DNA of 64,000 bases from Nemertoderma westbladi (GCA_032718475.1 JAUCBJ010008325.1:1-64000); one strand, 5' to 3'. Shown: positions 1 through 13,030, numbered from the stretch's first letter. Notes: a model not told the origin generated them from the sequence alone. Made by a program: numbers and translations.

Positions 1-1057
1 ATTGGTCTGTTCAACAGTTCTGCTGTTAGTATAGAGGTCGCGGTTGTTTATCATATACGTTTTGTGTACCAAGGTAGTGTACCAAGGTATAAGTGTTGTG
101 TATCAAGGTAGTGTACCAAGGTATACGTGTTGTGTTGCAAGGTATTCTTCGTTTGGTGTAACAAGGTAAACATGGGTTCAATCTTTAAGGCATGAGATTT
201 GTGTATCAAGGGTTACGATATTAGTGATTTTGAAAACAAGTTTATAGGCTATAACTGGGGTCAATATATTCAGTTCAATATTCAGAGTAAGCCTTTGTAC
301 AGTATGTAGTTCAAATTTCGGGAGACAGATGCACTGTAACTACTTAATTGATTAATTGATAAGTAATTTACATATGTATGATTTTTGTATGTGTTGTGTA
401 CGACATCATTTGCTATAAACACGACAAATCATTACAAATAAACAAATTAAATATGTTATTAACTTATCATAATAGTTAACTGAAGCCCCAGAAAATTTGT
501 TCGACTAGTTTGCGTGTTTCTCCGCCTCTATGTTTACATGGTGGTGGGGTGGGGGTCTGCTAAGCTAGTTCCTTTGAAATGCTATGTAAGCATGCCTCTC
601 GCGGTTTAGATGTTGGGACAGTAGCAATTTTCGACAGCCTGTTTTTCGTGGCTCTTTGAGGACGTTTGTCCGGATTAAAATACCTCAGAGGGTACTTGTT
701 ACAGAATTTAGCAATGAGAACAGTAGCACGGGGTATTCCTTCTGGGACAGGATCCATTCTCTGGTGAATTTGTCTCGTTTTTGGAATGAGTTTGGGGGAA
801 GTTAATGCTTCTGGAAGACTATCATGTTCACCCTTCAAACCGACCAGCGAAATGATCGAGAAATGGCAACTGCTTATATTATCTTTTGCGAATGATTGGA
901 ACTCTTCAGATACCCCCCCTCCCCCCAAGTTATTTTGCCAAGTACCGGTAAATGAATTATAACGGTATTCTGATTTCAATCCTGGAGATACTTGAGTTAA
1001 ATACGTGGCACATCACACAGTAACTAAGGTCCGTGCTAGAATGCTAGATTGAAATCC

Positions 1058-1290
1058 CTATAGTGGGGCTGTTAAACGCCTACCGTGTACTAATTGTAAT
1101 TATACCTTGGAGTCGTTGTTGAAGTTGACCCCATTGTGTATATCGTAGTGGTGCTGTTAAACGCCTATGTACCGTGTATTAATTGTAATGTATACCTTGG
1201 AGTCGTTGTTGAAGCTTGGCCCCCTTATGTATATCGTAGTGGGGCTGTTAAACGCCTACCGTGTATTAATTGCATTGTATACCTTGAAAA
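1058..1290. repeat. Short tandem repeat, ~88-bp unit, about 3 copies
   Basis: tagtggggctgttaaacgcctaccgtgta...taccttggagtcgttgttgaag recurs at about 1060, 1147 and 1237. Confidence 0.7.
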
Positions 1291-2065
1291 CATTATAGAA
1301 GCTTGGCGTATTGCTGTCCCATTGTTTATCATACTGATAGAGTATACCTTGAACATTATTATAATATGTATAATGAGCTAAAACTGTCTACCTTGGTATA
1401 AAAATGTCTACCTTGGAACGAACAAACTCTTTCACTTCCAAGGGATACAACTTCCAAGGGATACCGTCTTATACCAAGGTATACCAATATACTGCAGTAT
1501 CATAGAAACGGGAAGGGCAGCGACAATTTATCTTAGCCAACACATAGGGCTCTATAGAAGTAATTAAAATTGTAAGTGCCGATATAAACCCGTTCGTTTG
1601 TAGAAAATGACAGGCAGTCAAAGTTATGTTCCAAGGGTACAAAATATTTATCCAAAATCTTGTCCTACCCTCCTTAAACATATTGAGTGGTCAAATTGCA
1701 GGAAATAGGAGGGTCGAATAGATATAATTTGGGAAGCAGAATCAATACTCATTACAATAAATGTTTATTTGGCGGCATTCCGACACCATGTAGACAATCC
1801 GTAGATGTTGTTTTTACACTATTTTTTTTAAGAAAAAAGTGAAATTCTATATAGTTTACTATGCTAGAGGTTATTTTATGCCATGGGTCATGTTTATGTG
1901 CCCTTTGTGATTAAATGAAGAAGCAACGTCCACTCTATCGATTGGTATATAATATTAGCCAAGATATTCAAGTCATATTTTTGTATATAATTATATGATG
2001 TTGACAATCACGACTTTAGAGGGATTTTATGGGATACCCTATTTCGTGCAATACTTACCGGAACC

Positions 2066-2165
2066 TGTGGGGCGAGCCACGAAGTTGGCGGAGCCTTAGC
2101 GAATTGACACTGTTAGGGGGTGGGTCAATTTATGCAAATAGTTGTCGTCGTCGTCGTCGTCGTTG

Positions 2166-2197
<32 letters not shown>

Positions 2198-4150
2198 GTC
2201 GTCGTCGTCGTTGTTGTCGTCGTCGTCGTCGTTACGATTTTGACATGCTAATAACTTTGTCGGATTTAAAGCTGCCAAGTTGAAAATTTGTAGGTATCAA
2301 TATGAGCAAAAGTTGAGATTTTTGAGAGACTTTCAGACACCATCAGTGCAATGGTCTCCCGCTAGAGGGCCACATGTCTAAACATTAACTGCCCTCCCAT
2401 TTCTTTGCTTTTAATCCGTTTAAGCTGAAACTTGGCAGATATGTATTAGACCATTAGCTGTGACTTTCAAAGGAGGCGAATCCATCTGCAGTTCTCCAGT
2501 CTGCCGCTAGAGGGCCAAAGGTCTGAAAGTGAAATCGTTGTCGTCGTTACGATTTTGACATGCTAATAACTTTGTCGGATTTAAAGCTGCCAAGTTGAAA
2601 ATTTCTAGGTATCAATATGAGCTAAAGTTGAGATTTTTGAGAGACTTTCAGACACCATCAGTGCAATGGTCTCCCGCTAGAGGGCCACATGTCTAAACAT
2701 TAAATGCCCTCCCATTTCTTTGCTTTTAATCCGTTTAAGCTGAAACTTGGCAGATATGTATTAGACCATTAGCTGTGACTTTCAAAGGAGGCGAATCCAT
2801 CTGCAGTTCTCCAGTCTGGCGCTAGAGGGCCAAATGTCTGAAAGTGAAATCGTTGTCGTCGTTATGATATTGACATGCTTAGGGGTCATCCATAAAAGAC
2901 GTCCGAGCTAGAGGGGGGGGGAGGGGGGTCGGCCAAATCCGGACATTTACGGACAGGGGGGGGGGGGGGGGGGGGGTGTAGCAAAATTCGGACGTCTGTT
3001 TTTAAATTTTTTATTGTCAACTTTGCAGCCCATATGGCCAAATGTAGTCTAAACTTAACTTTGGGATGGGCACCTAGGCCCCGCATATTTAAAGTGAAAG
3101 TAAACGTTTCAGTTTCAAGTTTCAGAATCTGGGGAGACGGCCAACCTAACCCTTGATGGGTGTACCTGTACACTGTACAGTATACGTGAAGTTTATCATG
3201 TATTACAATGTATTAAGCCCGTACCGTAACGCTATATTATACTGGCTAATAAGTAGTTTCAGTTTGATAATGTACTGGTCAGTACTGCGGTCCCCTATTC
3301 TTTACTAGTGCCCACTCCCGGCAGGCCTAAGGCTGCACGATAAATAGGCTACCGGTACCGGTAATAATAATAATAATAAGTAACCGGTTATATAGTTTTC
3401 TATATATATTAGTACTGTTAATATTAGTAGTCGCCCCCCTATTTGTACAATGTACAGCAATAATTCGTGTATTTGTTTTCTGTTTTATTTTCTAAAATTC
3501 GGACGTCCGAATAGGGGGGAGGGGGGGGGGGGGGGGTCAAAAACCGGACATTCGCGGACAGGGGGGAGGGGGGGGTCCAAAAATTCGGGATTTTCTCGGA
3601 CGTCTTTTATGGATGACCCCTTATAACTTTGTCGAATTTAAAGCTGCCAAGTTGAAAATTTGTTTTGTTGAAAATCAGTTCAACAGTCACCCGCTATAGG
3701 ACTACTTTATGCCTGAAAGTGAATAGATTCTCCCGTCTCATTGATTTTAATCAGTTTAAGCTGAATCTTGCCATATATTCTGGACCACATGCTGCGTCTT
3801 TGTGGGGGGGGGGGGGGGGGGGGGGGGGAGATTTAATCGGTCTGCCGCCATACGACGAAATTTCTGAAAGTGAGATCCGTCTCTCATTTCGTTATCCGTT
3901 ATTCAAGATGAAACTTGGCCGATGTACGTATGTACTATTCATCCATAGGCTGTGTCTTTGTGGGGCTGGAGACCCTAATCCATCTTCAGTTCTCACTATA
4001 CCGCTAGAGTCAGAAATGTCTGAATAGAAATGAAAGAGGTAAAAAGTGATTAGGCGAAATCTGCTTAAAATTTGCTAATACAGTAACACTTTCGAATTAG
4101 TACTTAAATTAAATTTAAGTCACGTGCTGCGCGAAGGCCCCACTTCGTGT
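2066..4150 (+). mobile_element. Non-autonomous element, HINE/Helentron-like architecture (copy A)
   Basis: Starts tgtggggcgagccacgaagttggc, followed by a (GTC)n microsatellite (~2141-2232) and 315-bp internal tandem units (2231, 2546, 2861). Ends gcgaaggccccacttcgtgt. Near-identical copies at 14524-15825 (-) and 16182-17002 (+). Confidence 0.8.
2882..3620. mobile_element. PIF/Harbinger-type MITE nested in copy A
   Basis: TIRs ggggtcatccataaaagacgtccg / cggacgtcttttatggatgacccc, TTA TSD (2879-2881, 3621-3623). The empty site catgcttataac is present in copies B and C. Confidence 0.88.
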
Positions 4151-4689
4151 AGTTACTGTATGGTTTGGTGTAATTTTTCTTGTGGTAGTTGGGTTGGGTT
4201 GGTTATGTAGCACTAAAATCGATTTGGTATTTTGTTTTTTGATGGGCCTTAGTGCCTGAGTACTAACAGTCGCCCAAGTGGCCCTAAATGCTAGGTAGTA
4301 TCTGAGGGAATAAGACCCCATGTCCTATTTTATTGTTTTCATATTTTTGTATGGCAGCTTATTTCAGGGGGACTATAATTTGCAACGCCCAAGGTAGATA
4401 CCAAGGTATACATTTTTATGACTTGACTTCTTGTAGTGAAAATACAATATTAGTGTGCAACTCAGATTTTATATATGTTGTAGAGCTCGCTCTAATCTTC
4501 AAAACGAGCCATCAACCATTAAAATCGGTTGATGTAAACTGGATTTATAAACAAAAGTGTGAATTTTCAAAAATGTGCCATCCTTACTGACCAAGGACCA
4601 TATATAAAAATGATATAGTGTCTGGTTGGAGATGATTCCATTATTGTATGTCCACTTAACAGTGAACCCGATGTAGCATTCTTGTGTAG

Positions 4690-5200
4690 GTGCCATCCAG
4701 AGATTTGGTGTCCTCAGCAGTTAGAGTCTGCTGAGAGCAGGCTCTAGCGCCTGCCGCTGCTATAAGTAATCGAAACTTGAGTTACCGACGCATCCTACTG
4801 TATGTGATCTCAAAATCCAGGACAGCCCGTTCAATGGTGCCCTGCCCTGCCCCTGACTTCCGGGTCCATGATCAAAGGTAGCAAAAGTTATCAAATCAAA
4901 AGTCGTGCTCAGGCTTACCATCCTTTGAGCTTATGCTTATACGTTCTGACATTTCCTGAGGACTGAAAAAATAAACTGTCAGTGTGTCAACATTTTTGTC
5001 TTCTCGGAGTTAACAAATAAACCAACACTAGAAGCAACCTGTTCTAATGAGCTGAGTCGGGCTCCCTCTAGTGATTCTGAGAGTACTAACTAAACTAGCC
5101 TAGGTCATCCTGAATGCCTACATCAGTTAGGAGCTTGGCTGCGTTTCCTCGACTTCTGGGGCCGGTAGGAGACAGGGGGTGTTACCATCACCCCATTATT
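4690..5200 (-). mobile_element. Degenerate RTE-like LINE fragment
   Basis: Nucleotide similarity to the LINE at 21571-22630 (e.g. gccatccagagatttggtgtcctcagcagttagag; aacactagaagca..tgttctaatgagctgag). Confidence 0.8.
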
Positions 5201-5345
5201 TCAACATGTAGAGCAAAGAGATTCCAACAAGAAATGAAAAAAATATGTTGGTGCCAATTCCCAAGAAGGGCAATCTAACACATCTATGGTTCTTTTCGAG
5301 GTGTTTCATCTTGTTTCTCTGGTTATTTTTGAGATGTTAAACATT

Positions 5346-6172
5346 GGTTAACTCACCTACTAATAGGAACGGTGTTCTCTGGCAGCAGTTAACCCACCTA
5401 CTAATAGGAATGGTGTTCTCTGGGAGTGGTTAACTCACCTACTAATAGGAACGGTGTTCTCTGGCAGTGGTTAACTCACCTACTAATAGGAACGGTGTTC
5501 TCTGGCAGTGGTTAACTCAACTACCAATAGGAATGATGTTCTCTGGCAGTGGTTAACTCAACTACCAATAGGAATGGTGTTCTCTGGGAGTGGTTAACTC
5601 AACTACTAATCTCTGGCAGCAGTTAACCCACCTACTAATAGGAATGGTGTTCTCTGGGAGTGGTTAACTCACCTACTAATAGGAACGGTGTTCTCTGGGA
5701 GTGGTTAACTCAACTACTAATCTCTGGCAGCAGTTAACCCACCTACTAATAGGAATGGTGTTCTCTGGGAGTGGTTAACTCAACTACTAATCTCTGGCAG
5801 CAGTTAACTCACCTACTAATAGGAACGGTGTTCTCTGGCAGTGGTTAACTCACCTACTAATAGGAACGGTGTTCTCTGGCAGTGGTTAACTCACCTACTA
5901 ATAGGAACGGTGTTCTCTGGCAGTGGTTAACTCACCTACTAATAGGAACGGTGTTCTCTGGCAGTGGTTAACTCACCTACTAATAGGAACGGTGTTCTCT
6001 GGGAGTGGTTAACTCACCTACTAATAGGAACGGTGTTCTCTGGCAGTGGTTAACTCACCTACTAATAGGAACGGTGTTCTCTGGCAGTGGTTAACTCACC
6101 TACTAATAGGAACGGTGTTCTCTGGGAGTGGTTAACTCACCTACTAATAGGAACGGTGTTCTCTGGCAGTGG
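5346..6172 (-). repeat. 41-bp minisatellite made of the Cdc42 exon end plus 5' splice site, ~21 units
   Basis: Minus-strand unit CCACTGCCAGAGAACACCGTTCCTATTAGTAG|GTGAGTTAA. The rightmost unit is the real exon/intron junction. Three units are shortened to ~29 bp. Confidence 0.95.
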
Positions 6173-6320
6173 TGGGTTATCTCCGGGACCCATTTCTCTT
6201 TGATATTATCGAAGGATGAAGGCGAAACCACGGAGAAACAAACGAGGAACACGTCGGTCTGTGGGTAGGAGAGCGGGCGTAGTCGGTCGTAATCCTCCTG
6301 TCCCGCCGTGTCGAATAAAC
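6141..6320 (-). CDS. Cdc42: Cdc42 coding exon 2 (codons 54-114)
   Basis: Translates (G)[59 protein letters not shown](G). Acceptor atgtag| at 6321 and donor |gtgagt at 6140; 180 nt, phase 1-1, in frame with exon 1. Not in the ORF track. Confidence 0.97.
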
Positions 6321-7129
6321 CTACATTAATATATTAATATTATTAATTTATCAATTTCAATACCGGTACAGCGGAACCTATTAATTAATCAATATGCAAA
6401 TTAGTAAATCCGTCATAAATCAATATATTATATTATATAGGCAAATTTTTACTTTTTCCCAAGAAAAAAGTTATTACAATAAGTACCGGTAATTTTTTTG
6501 TCTTCTCACCAATTTATAATATTATAGCACAAAAAAACTGTAACCCGCTCAGCTGCTCCTTTCCGTTACCGTAATTTATATTTTAACATTGAGACGAAAT
6601 GTGATTTCGCCGAGACTGGATGTTATTGATTATGATTATAAATTTTTTTCCTGAAATGCTATAAATTTCAGGGCCTTCGCGCAGCACGTGAGTGTTTCAA
6701 CCTTGAAAAATACTTGAAAATTAAAGGATTTTCGCGATTGGGGATACCACACTAGAGGCGTCACTAGAGGGCCAATAGCAAAAAGTCCGAAATTCAACAA
6801 AACTTATTCGATTTGAGCCTCATGACTTAGGGTTAGGGTTAAATTAGGCCTACTGCTTTAATCAAGGTTTGTGCCTGACCAACAAACCCGAACCTAAAAA
6901 ACAAAGCAATAGGGCCTACCCCAACCCCACTCAGTACCTACAAATCACCCCAATAACCAAGTCATTAAGTAACCCACGACAGCCAAGTAAAATATCGCTA
7001 TGGTTTCCATATATAAACGTGGCGCATGTAGTGTGATAAAGCCCAAGCCCGCGATTGTGCGACTGCATGATGCATAATCACTAATCAGATAATGTGAATG
7101 TCCCCTGTAGGCTGTAGGGTTAGGTAGGG

Positions 7130-7395
7130 GTGAATATATAACAAAGACTCTCTGTACAAAACAAAGAGCAGAAGAGGTAAAGTCGCGTTAGGTCCCAAAG
7201 AGCGTTAAGTCCCAAAGACCTTTAGGTACAAAAGAGCGGTAGGTCCCGTTGCCATATAAAGGAGCAGGTTAGTAAAGGAGGATGTTCTGAGGTTACAGAG
7301 GCCTGTTGGGGGAACCAAAACAATAAACGATAGTTAACACATGTGTTTTGTACAGGTCTTTATTATTTGGGTCTTTGTTTTGTACTCCCCCCGTT
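7130..7395 (-). repeat. Dispersed repeat fragment shared with 39230-39480 and 47815-48060
   Basis: gcgttaggtcccaaagagcgtta, aaaggagcaggttagtaaagg and gggaaccaaaacaataaacg are reverse complements of motifs in the duplicated units. Confidence 0.65.
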
Positions 7396-7648
7396 AAGTC
7401 AACGCGTAGGGTTAGGGTTAGCGTTAGTGGTTAGGGTACAGGGTAGGGGCCATTGTTAGATTGCAGGATTGTAGGCTAACCTATTTGTACTTGGCAGCTT
7501 AGACAGTAGGTATTGCGTGTTGGTACTCGCAGACTAGTACTACCAAACATAAAACGCAAGAAATATCACATCGCATAACCAACGCATATACAGATAGTAG
7601 TATAAAGTATACAGGTATAGGTATAGCTGTATAGGGCCTACTGATATA

Positions 7649-9862
7649 CATCATGTCCTGGAATATGATGTTGCTATTCAGGTACATGCCCCCCCCCCCC
7701 CAAAAAAAAAAAATTTTTCTACAAATCTTAATGAGATTGCATGAAATTTGAAACAGAGATAGTTTCACCTCCCTCCTGCTCCTCCTCCGTGGGTGAGCCA
7801 GAATTTTTATTTTTGCTTTAAATCTTTAGCTACAAGCGTTTAAAAAAGGTGTCTTCGGTGACGGTGATATTTAACCAGTTACACTCCAGTTGTTCTTCAA
7901 CCTTATCCACGAAGCTAAGGAAAATCAACTACTTTCGCTAAGAAAGATTTTCCTTAGCTGAGATGGTGTATTCATAGTGGGCTATTTTACTTGTATGAGG
8001 CATATTTGTTTTTTTTGATTCCGGAAAAAACTAGCCTTTAAAAGTACCGGTACCCTGAAATTTTGCATGTATATACTACTCATCGAGGCGCATCGTGTGG
8101 GATGGGTCTCATATCCAGGAAAAATCTGGTTTCTATGGCAACGGACTTAGAAAAAAGTCTATGTATTTCAAGTCAATATTTATAACTCTATTTGTAGTAA
8201 AACTATAATACATATAAACTTGGGGTTTCTCAACTCAACTATAAGGTCCATAGCAGAGCTGATTGAGGTTAAATAGAAAATCCAGTTACTTTGGCAACCG
8301 GGCTAAACAGATGTTAAAATTTATAAAATGATAATTTGAAGCCTAAGGTTAAGGTGTGATGACTTGGGACCAATCCCTACCCCCACTATATAACTTATTC
8401 TGCGTCCGAATTTGATAGTTCTATTTTGCAGTTACCATGACAACCGCTGAAAACAGATGTTTTTAAACAAAAATAACTCATTTGGACATAGACTTCGCGA
8501 CAAAATTTTACGAAACTGGATATGAGTTATATGGACCACTAGTTGGAACTTTTAGTGAAACGCAAAACATTCCAGAAATAGCTACTTACCATGGTAACTG
8601 GAGTTTATTAAAGTCTATATCATTCAAGTATATATTCATAACTCTATTTTTAACAAAACTGTAATATATATAAACTTGGTTTGCAACTCATCTATAAGGT
8701 CCATATCCAAGCCGTTCGAGGTTAATTAGAAAATCCAGTTACCATAGCAACAAGACTAAAAAGATGTTAAAATTTATAAAAAGATAATTTGAAGAACAAG
8801 TTAATAGTATTATGATTTGGGACCAACACCTACCCCCCCTATATGACTTATTCTTCATCCGAATTAGATTGTTCTGATTTTCAGTTTCCATGACAACCAC
8901 TACAAACAGATGCATTTTGATAGAAAATCGGTAATTTGGACATAAACTACAATATTTTCTGAAACTCGGTATATGTGTTATCTGAACCACAATCTCTACT
9001 AAATCTTTTTTCAAAGGTTAAACAAACATTTCCAGAGAACTCTAGTTTCCATGGGAATGGAAGTTAATTATTGGCAAATACTACTAAACTAGGCTAAGCA
9101 ACGAACCAAAGTGTGGCGGTTTGTTTCATTTTCCTTAGCTTCGTGGTTGCATTTCCTTTAGGAAATGCCTTTCTAGTAGTGATTTGATGGTACCAATAAT
9201 AAGCTGCCCATGCAAGGATTCCAAATATGTAAAAACATTTGAATTTGGTTGGGAAATGAGATATGACTGAGATATGGGCATTCGAATGTTGCATGTTTAT
9301 GCTTCCCCCGCAGGCCATTTATTCTATTTAATAAATACACAATAAATACACAATGTTCTAGAACATTTTGTTTATTCCATACGTAGCTGGGCAACAATGC
9401 GATACCTCTTTAATTATACTATTACGTAGCTATTCATAAATAAACAAAATGTTCTAGAATATGGTATTTTTATTTAATAGAATAAAATAGCCTTATGCAG
9501 ATGCAAAACCATGCAACATTTGAACGCTCATATCTCAGCTATTTTTCAACGAAATTTAGATTATGTTACATATTTGGAATCCTTGCATGGCCAGCTTTCC
9601 ATTGGCACCAACAAACAGCTATAAGGTAGAAGAATAACTGCGGTGTAACTGGTGTAATAGCGCTGGAGACACTTCTTTTAAACGCTTGTAGCTAAAGATT
9701 GAAAGCAAAAATAAAAATTCTGGCTCACCCACGGAGGAGGAGGGAGGTGAAACTATCTCTGTTTCAACGCAATCTCATTAAGATTTGTAGAACATTTTTT
9801 TTTTGGGGGGGGGGGGGGGGGGCATGTACCTGAATAACGACACTATATTCCAGGACAGGGTG
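7649..9862. mobile_element. Non-autonomous DNA transposon with ~210-bp TIRs and TA flanks (Tc1/mariner-like), in Cdc42 intron 1
   Basis: 7649-7856 is the reverse complement of ~9666-9862 (tgtcctggaatat...ggtacatgccc(c)n(a)n...ctacaaatcttaatgagattgc...gggtgagccagaatttttatttttgc). TA at 7647-7648 and 9863-9864. Contains an internal ~453-bp duplication and an inner palindrome. Confidence 0.85.
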
Positions 9863-10326
9863 TAACTCGATAGACATGAACCTGAAAATGGCGCTACGTG
9901 GGTGGGTTCTACGTCTACCTGACTACTGCATTGTAATACTGTAATAACCACACCCCAGCACTTATATATGGTGTTCATAATCATCAATCATGTAGCAGGT
10001 TTTAACATTCGTTTATTGTTTTGGTTCCCCAACTCGCCTCTGTCAGTCTGTCTGTCTGTAACCTAGCCTACTCATTTAGATTTACTTACCTGTCTACAGC
10101 CGCAAGTTTATTTTCAACCTGTCAACCACACGAGATATCAGGATATCGAATGTAAAATGGATTACTGCATACTGCTGTACTGAGTTAGCCTACTGTACTG
10201 GGGTGTCGTTATAACTGTATAATGCAGTGCAGTGGTGCCCGATACTGCGATACGCGCTACGTGCTGACGACCTGACAACCTGTGTAGGCCTACGCTTCGG
10301 TATGCCTACCTGTATTGCTGTATTCA

Positions 10327-10533
<207 letters not shown>

Positions 10534-11439
10534 TCAGCCGCAGCCGGTCCTTAATCGAATACAGTAATACTGCAACTGTAAAGTAGGCCTAATACGGCGC
10601 TACTTTTGACTTCTGTACTTCAGTACTTAACCAACCGGGTCGTTCAGTCGTTGGTTGTCCAGTCTGTAGTTTTGTTCCGTTACCGGTATAACAGGCCAGA
10701 GTACTGGATTACAGGAAAAGCATATCAGCATATCCAGGTTATCACATCCAACCTCAGACAATCAGAACCTCAACCAACAGGGACTAGGTTGGTTGCCTGT
10801 GTGTTCTTACTGCTGTACCGGTATTGTTTTTTCTCTAGCTGTCTACAGGTCTAGCGCGATCTGGCAGTCCATGCAAATTATTCCATCAGATTAATTTTCA
10901 CTTCTGCCCATCCAGGAGTAACGACCACGCGACTGGTATGGTAGGGTCACAGGCTGACAGGTATCGGCACGCTACATGAGTGTCGCACATTGACCGCAAG
11001 TATTTTGATATTTCGTATTACTGTATGCTGTATTTATTATTCCAGTATTTTTTGATACAATTCTGATACTGTAATGTTGAATTAAATTGGTAATCCGATA
11101 CTGCCAATCAAAGTTTATGTTAATATATTTATTTAGAAGGTGTGGTTTATAGTGTTTTTGAAAAGGTTTATCTTAGCTTTTTTATGTTTTAAGTCTGATA
11201 CAGTATGATGATCGAAATGCCCATACCCATTTAGAATTTTCTCATATGTAAAGAAACGCATTTTATCTGGTATTTAGCTCTACCGCGGTTACATCCCTTA
11301 TGCAGAATTACACTTCACATTATTGGCATTGCCTTACAGGTACGGTACATTTCTTATGATTTAGGATATACATACTGTAGGCCTACTGTAGGAATATTGA
11401 TAAAATTAATAATGGGGCACACCGAAGGGAACTCAGACA

Positions 11440-12470
11440 AAATTGCGCCGCCACAACTCCCTATCACCAATGCCATTGGCTATATGTCCTTTCAGAAACG
11501 TACCAAGAATGTCATGGGCTGTCCGCCATGTTTATTCACTCCATGGGGCTGCCAAAAATCATTTGTGCACTGGCTGGTCCTCACGGCGAAAGCAATGTCC
11601 TGCAAAGTGGAGGCGGCTCTGTTCAAGTGTCAAGCTAGGGGAGACTATTGAAACACCTCCATGTTATATAGTGTTTGTTTAGAGATGTTTTCAATGTTCT
11701 TGACACAATGAACCCGGCGTAGTATGAACTCAGCAGTTATTGTATTGTATTGTAATTTTTATTGCCCATTGTACATATTACATTATTAGCACAAATGAAT
11801 ATAATTTACATGGTACGTAACAAAATAATACGGGCGCCTATTACCCCAAAATTAAGTTCACGTTAGAAAACCGCCCAACAGAATATTCCAACGGTCAATA
11901 ATAATAGAGGTACTTGTAGAAGTCAAATAACAAGCTCGTACAATAGTATTAGTTGAGGTATTAACTCGAATATATAAAGAGAAAATATTTCTCCGCAGCA
12001 CAGCCTTAAAATTATATGTTAATTTATGTAGTATATGTTTGTGTTTATGTAGTATGCCAGTTATGTAGTACCCAACATAGACTCTCATATGCAGTAGGAG
12101 TAGGCCTTACTGGTTCTTATGCTGCACTAAATAAACGAACCTTAAGATTCCGTTGCATTCTATGGGATTTCCAAAATCTGGACATAATGTACAAGTACAA
12201 TTCAATGCCACTCATGACTTCCCCTTACGTATCCGAAGGTCTTCACCTGACTTCCGTATCCATGATCCAAAGTAGCAGAAGTCATCCACATGCTCAAGCA
12301 AACCATCCCTGGAACTTCAAATGCTCATACCATCAGACATTTCCTGGGGGCTGTCGATGTTCACGGTCACCAACATTTTGGTCTTTTTGGAATTTACAAA
12401 AAGACCGACACTAGAAGCAGCCTGTTCCAATGAGCTGAAAAGCCTTTTGTCTCCCTCCAGTGATTCTGAC
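11440..12470 (-). mobile_element. Two degenerate pieces of the RTE-like LINE family (~11440-11725 and ~12170-12470)
   Basis: Match 21645-21950 and 22085-22365 (cactggctggtcctcacggcgaaagcaatgtcctgcaaag; cccttacgtat.cgaaggtc.tcacctgacttccg). Confidence 0.85.
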
Positions 12471-12729
12471 AGTAGAGGCCCACGCGTCGTTTGGAATTGC
12501 TCAGAACTTGTAGCTCAGAAGAAATTTCCCGGGTTTTATTAGGAACGAGGAGACACTACTACACCTTCCAAGGAAACGAATTGATTGACTCGCGAAGTTG
12601 AGGCTTACAGTATAGATAAACGAATACGGTTAACGAATAAAGGGAGAGACACCTACGCGTAGTTAAAACTTTCACATTAGGCCTAAATGTTAAGGTTCCG
12701 TGTTCGTAAACAATGCACCTGATATCACC

Positions 12730-13030
12730 ACCTTTGGCTTAGTGGTTAAATACGTTGACTTGAATTCATATTTTTCCAGAGGTCGTGGATTCTATCCCTA
12801 CATGGGGGTCTGAGTACTCGATTCGGCACATACTGTATGCTTTAAAGAAACTGGTCAGGTACTAAAGGTACTAAAGTACCTTTCGAAAGGTACTAAAGTA
12901 CCTTTCATCGCATCCTTAAATGGTAGCTAAATGAGTATCAGGGAGTCATTATTCTGGGGGGACCGCGGAAATAAGTCGTAAGACTTTGTTCGTTATGGTT
13001 GGCCTAACGGACGAAGGAAAACTTTACTTT
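12730..13030 (+). mobile_element. Probable tRNA-derived SINE
   Basis: A-box-like tggcttagtggtta (~12735), degenerate B-box ggattctatccc (~12788), unrelated body, actttactttt tail. No intact cloverleaf. Confidence 0.45.

Noticed and set aside
560-979. 139-aa ORF as a possible Cdc42 exon 3
   Set aside because: I found no GTQxDLRDD or ECSALTQ motif here or elsewhere in 1-5340. Remaining exons are probably outside the window.
2029-2283. Arg-rich protamine-like and Asp-rich ORFs (also 15647-15880)
   Set aside because: Translations of the (GTC)n microsatellite inside a repeated element.
12730-12810. tRNA gene
   Set aside because: Only A/B-box-like motifs with no cloverleaf; better explained as a SINE head.
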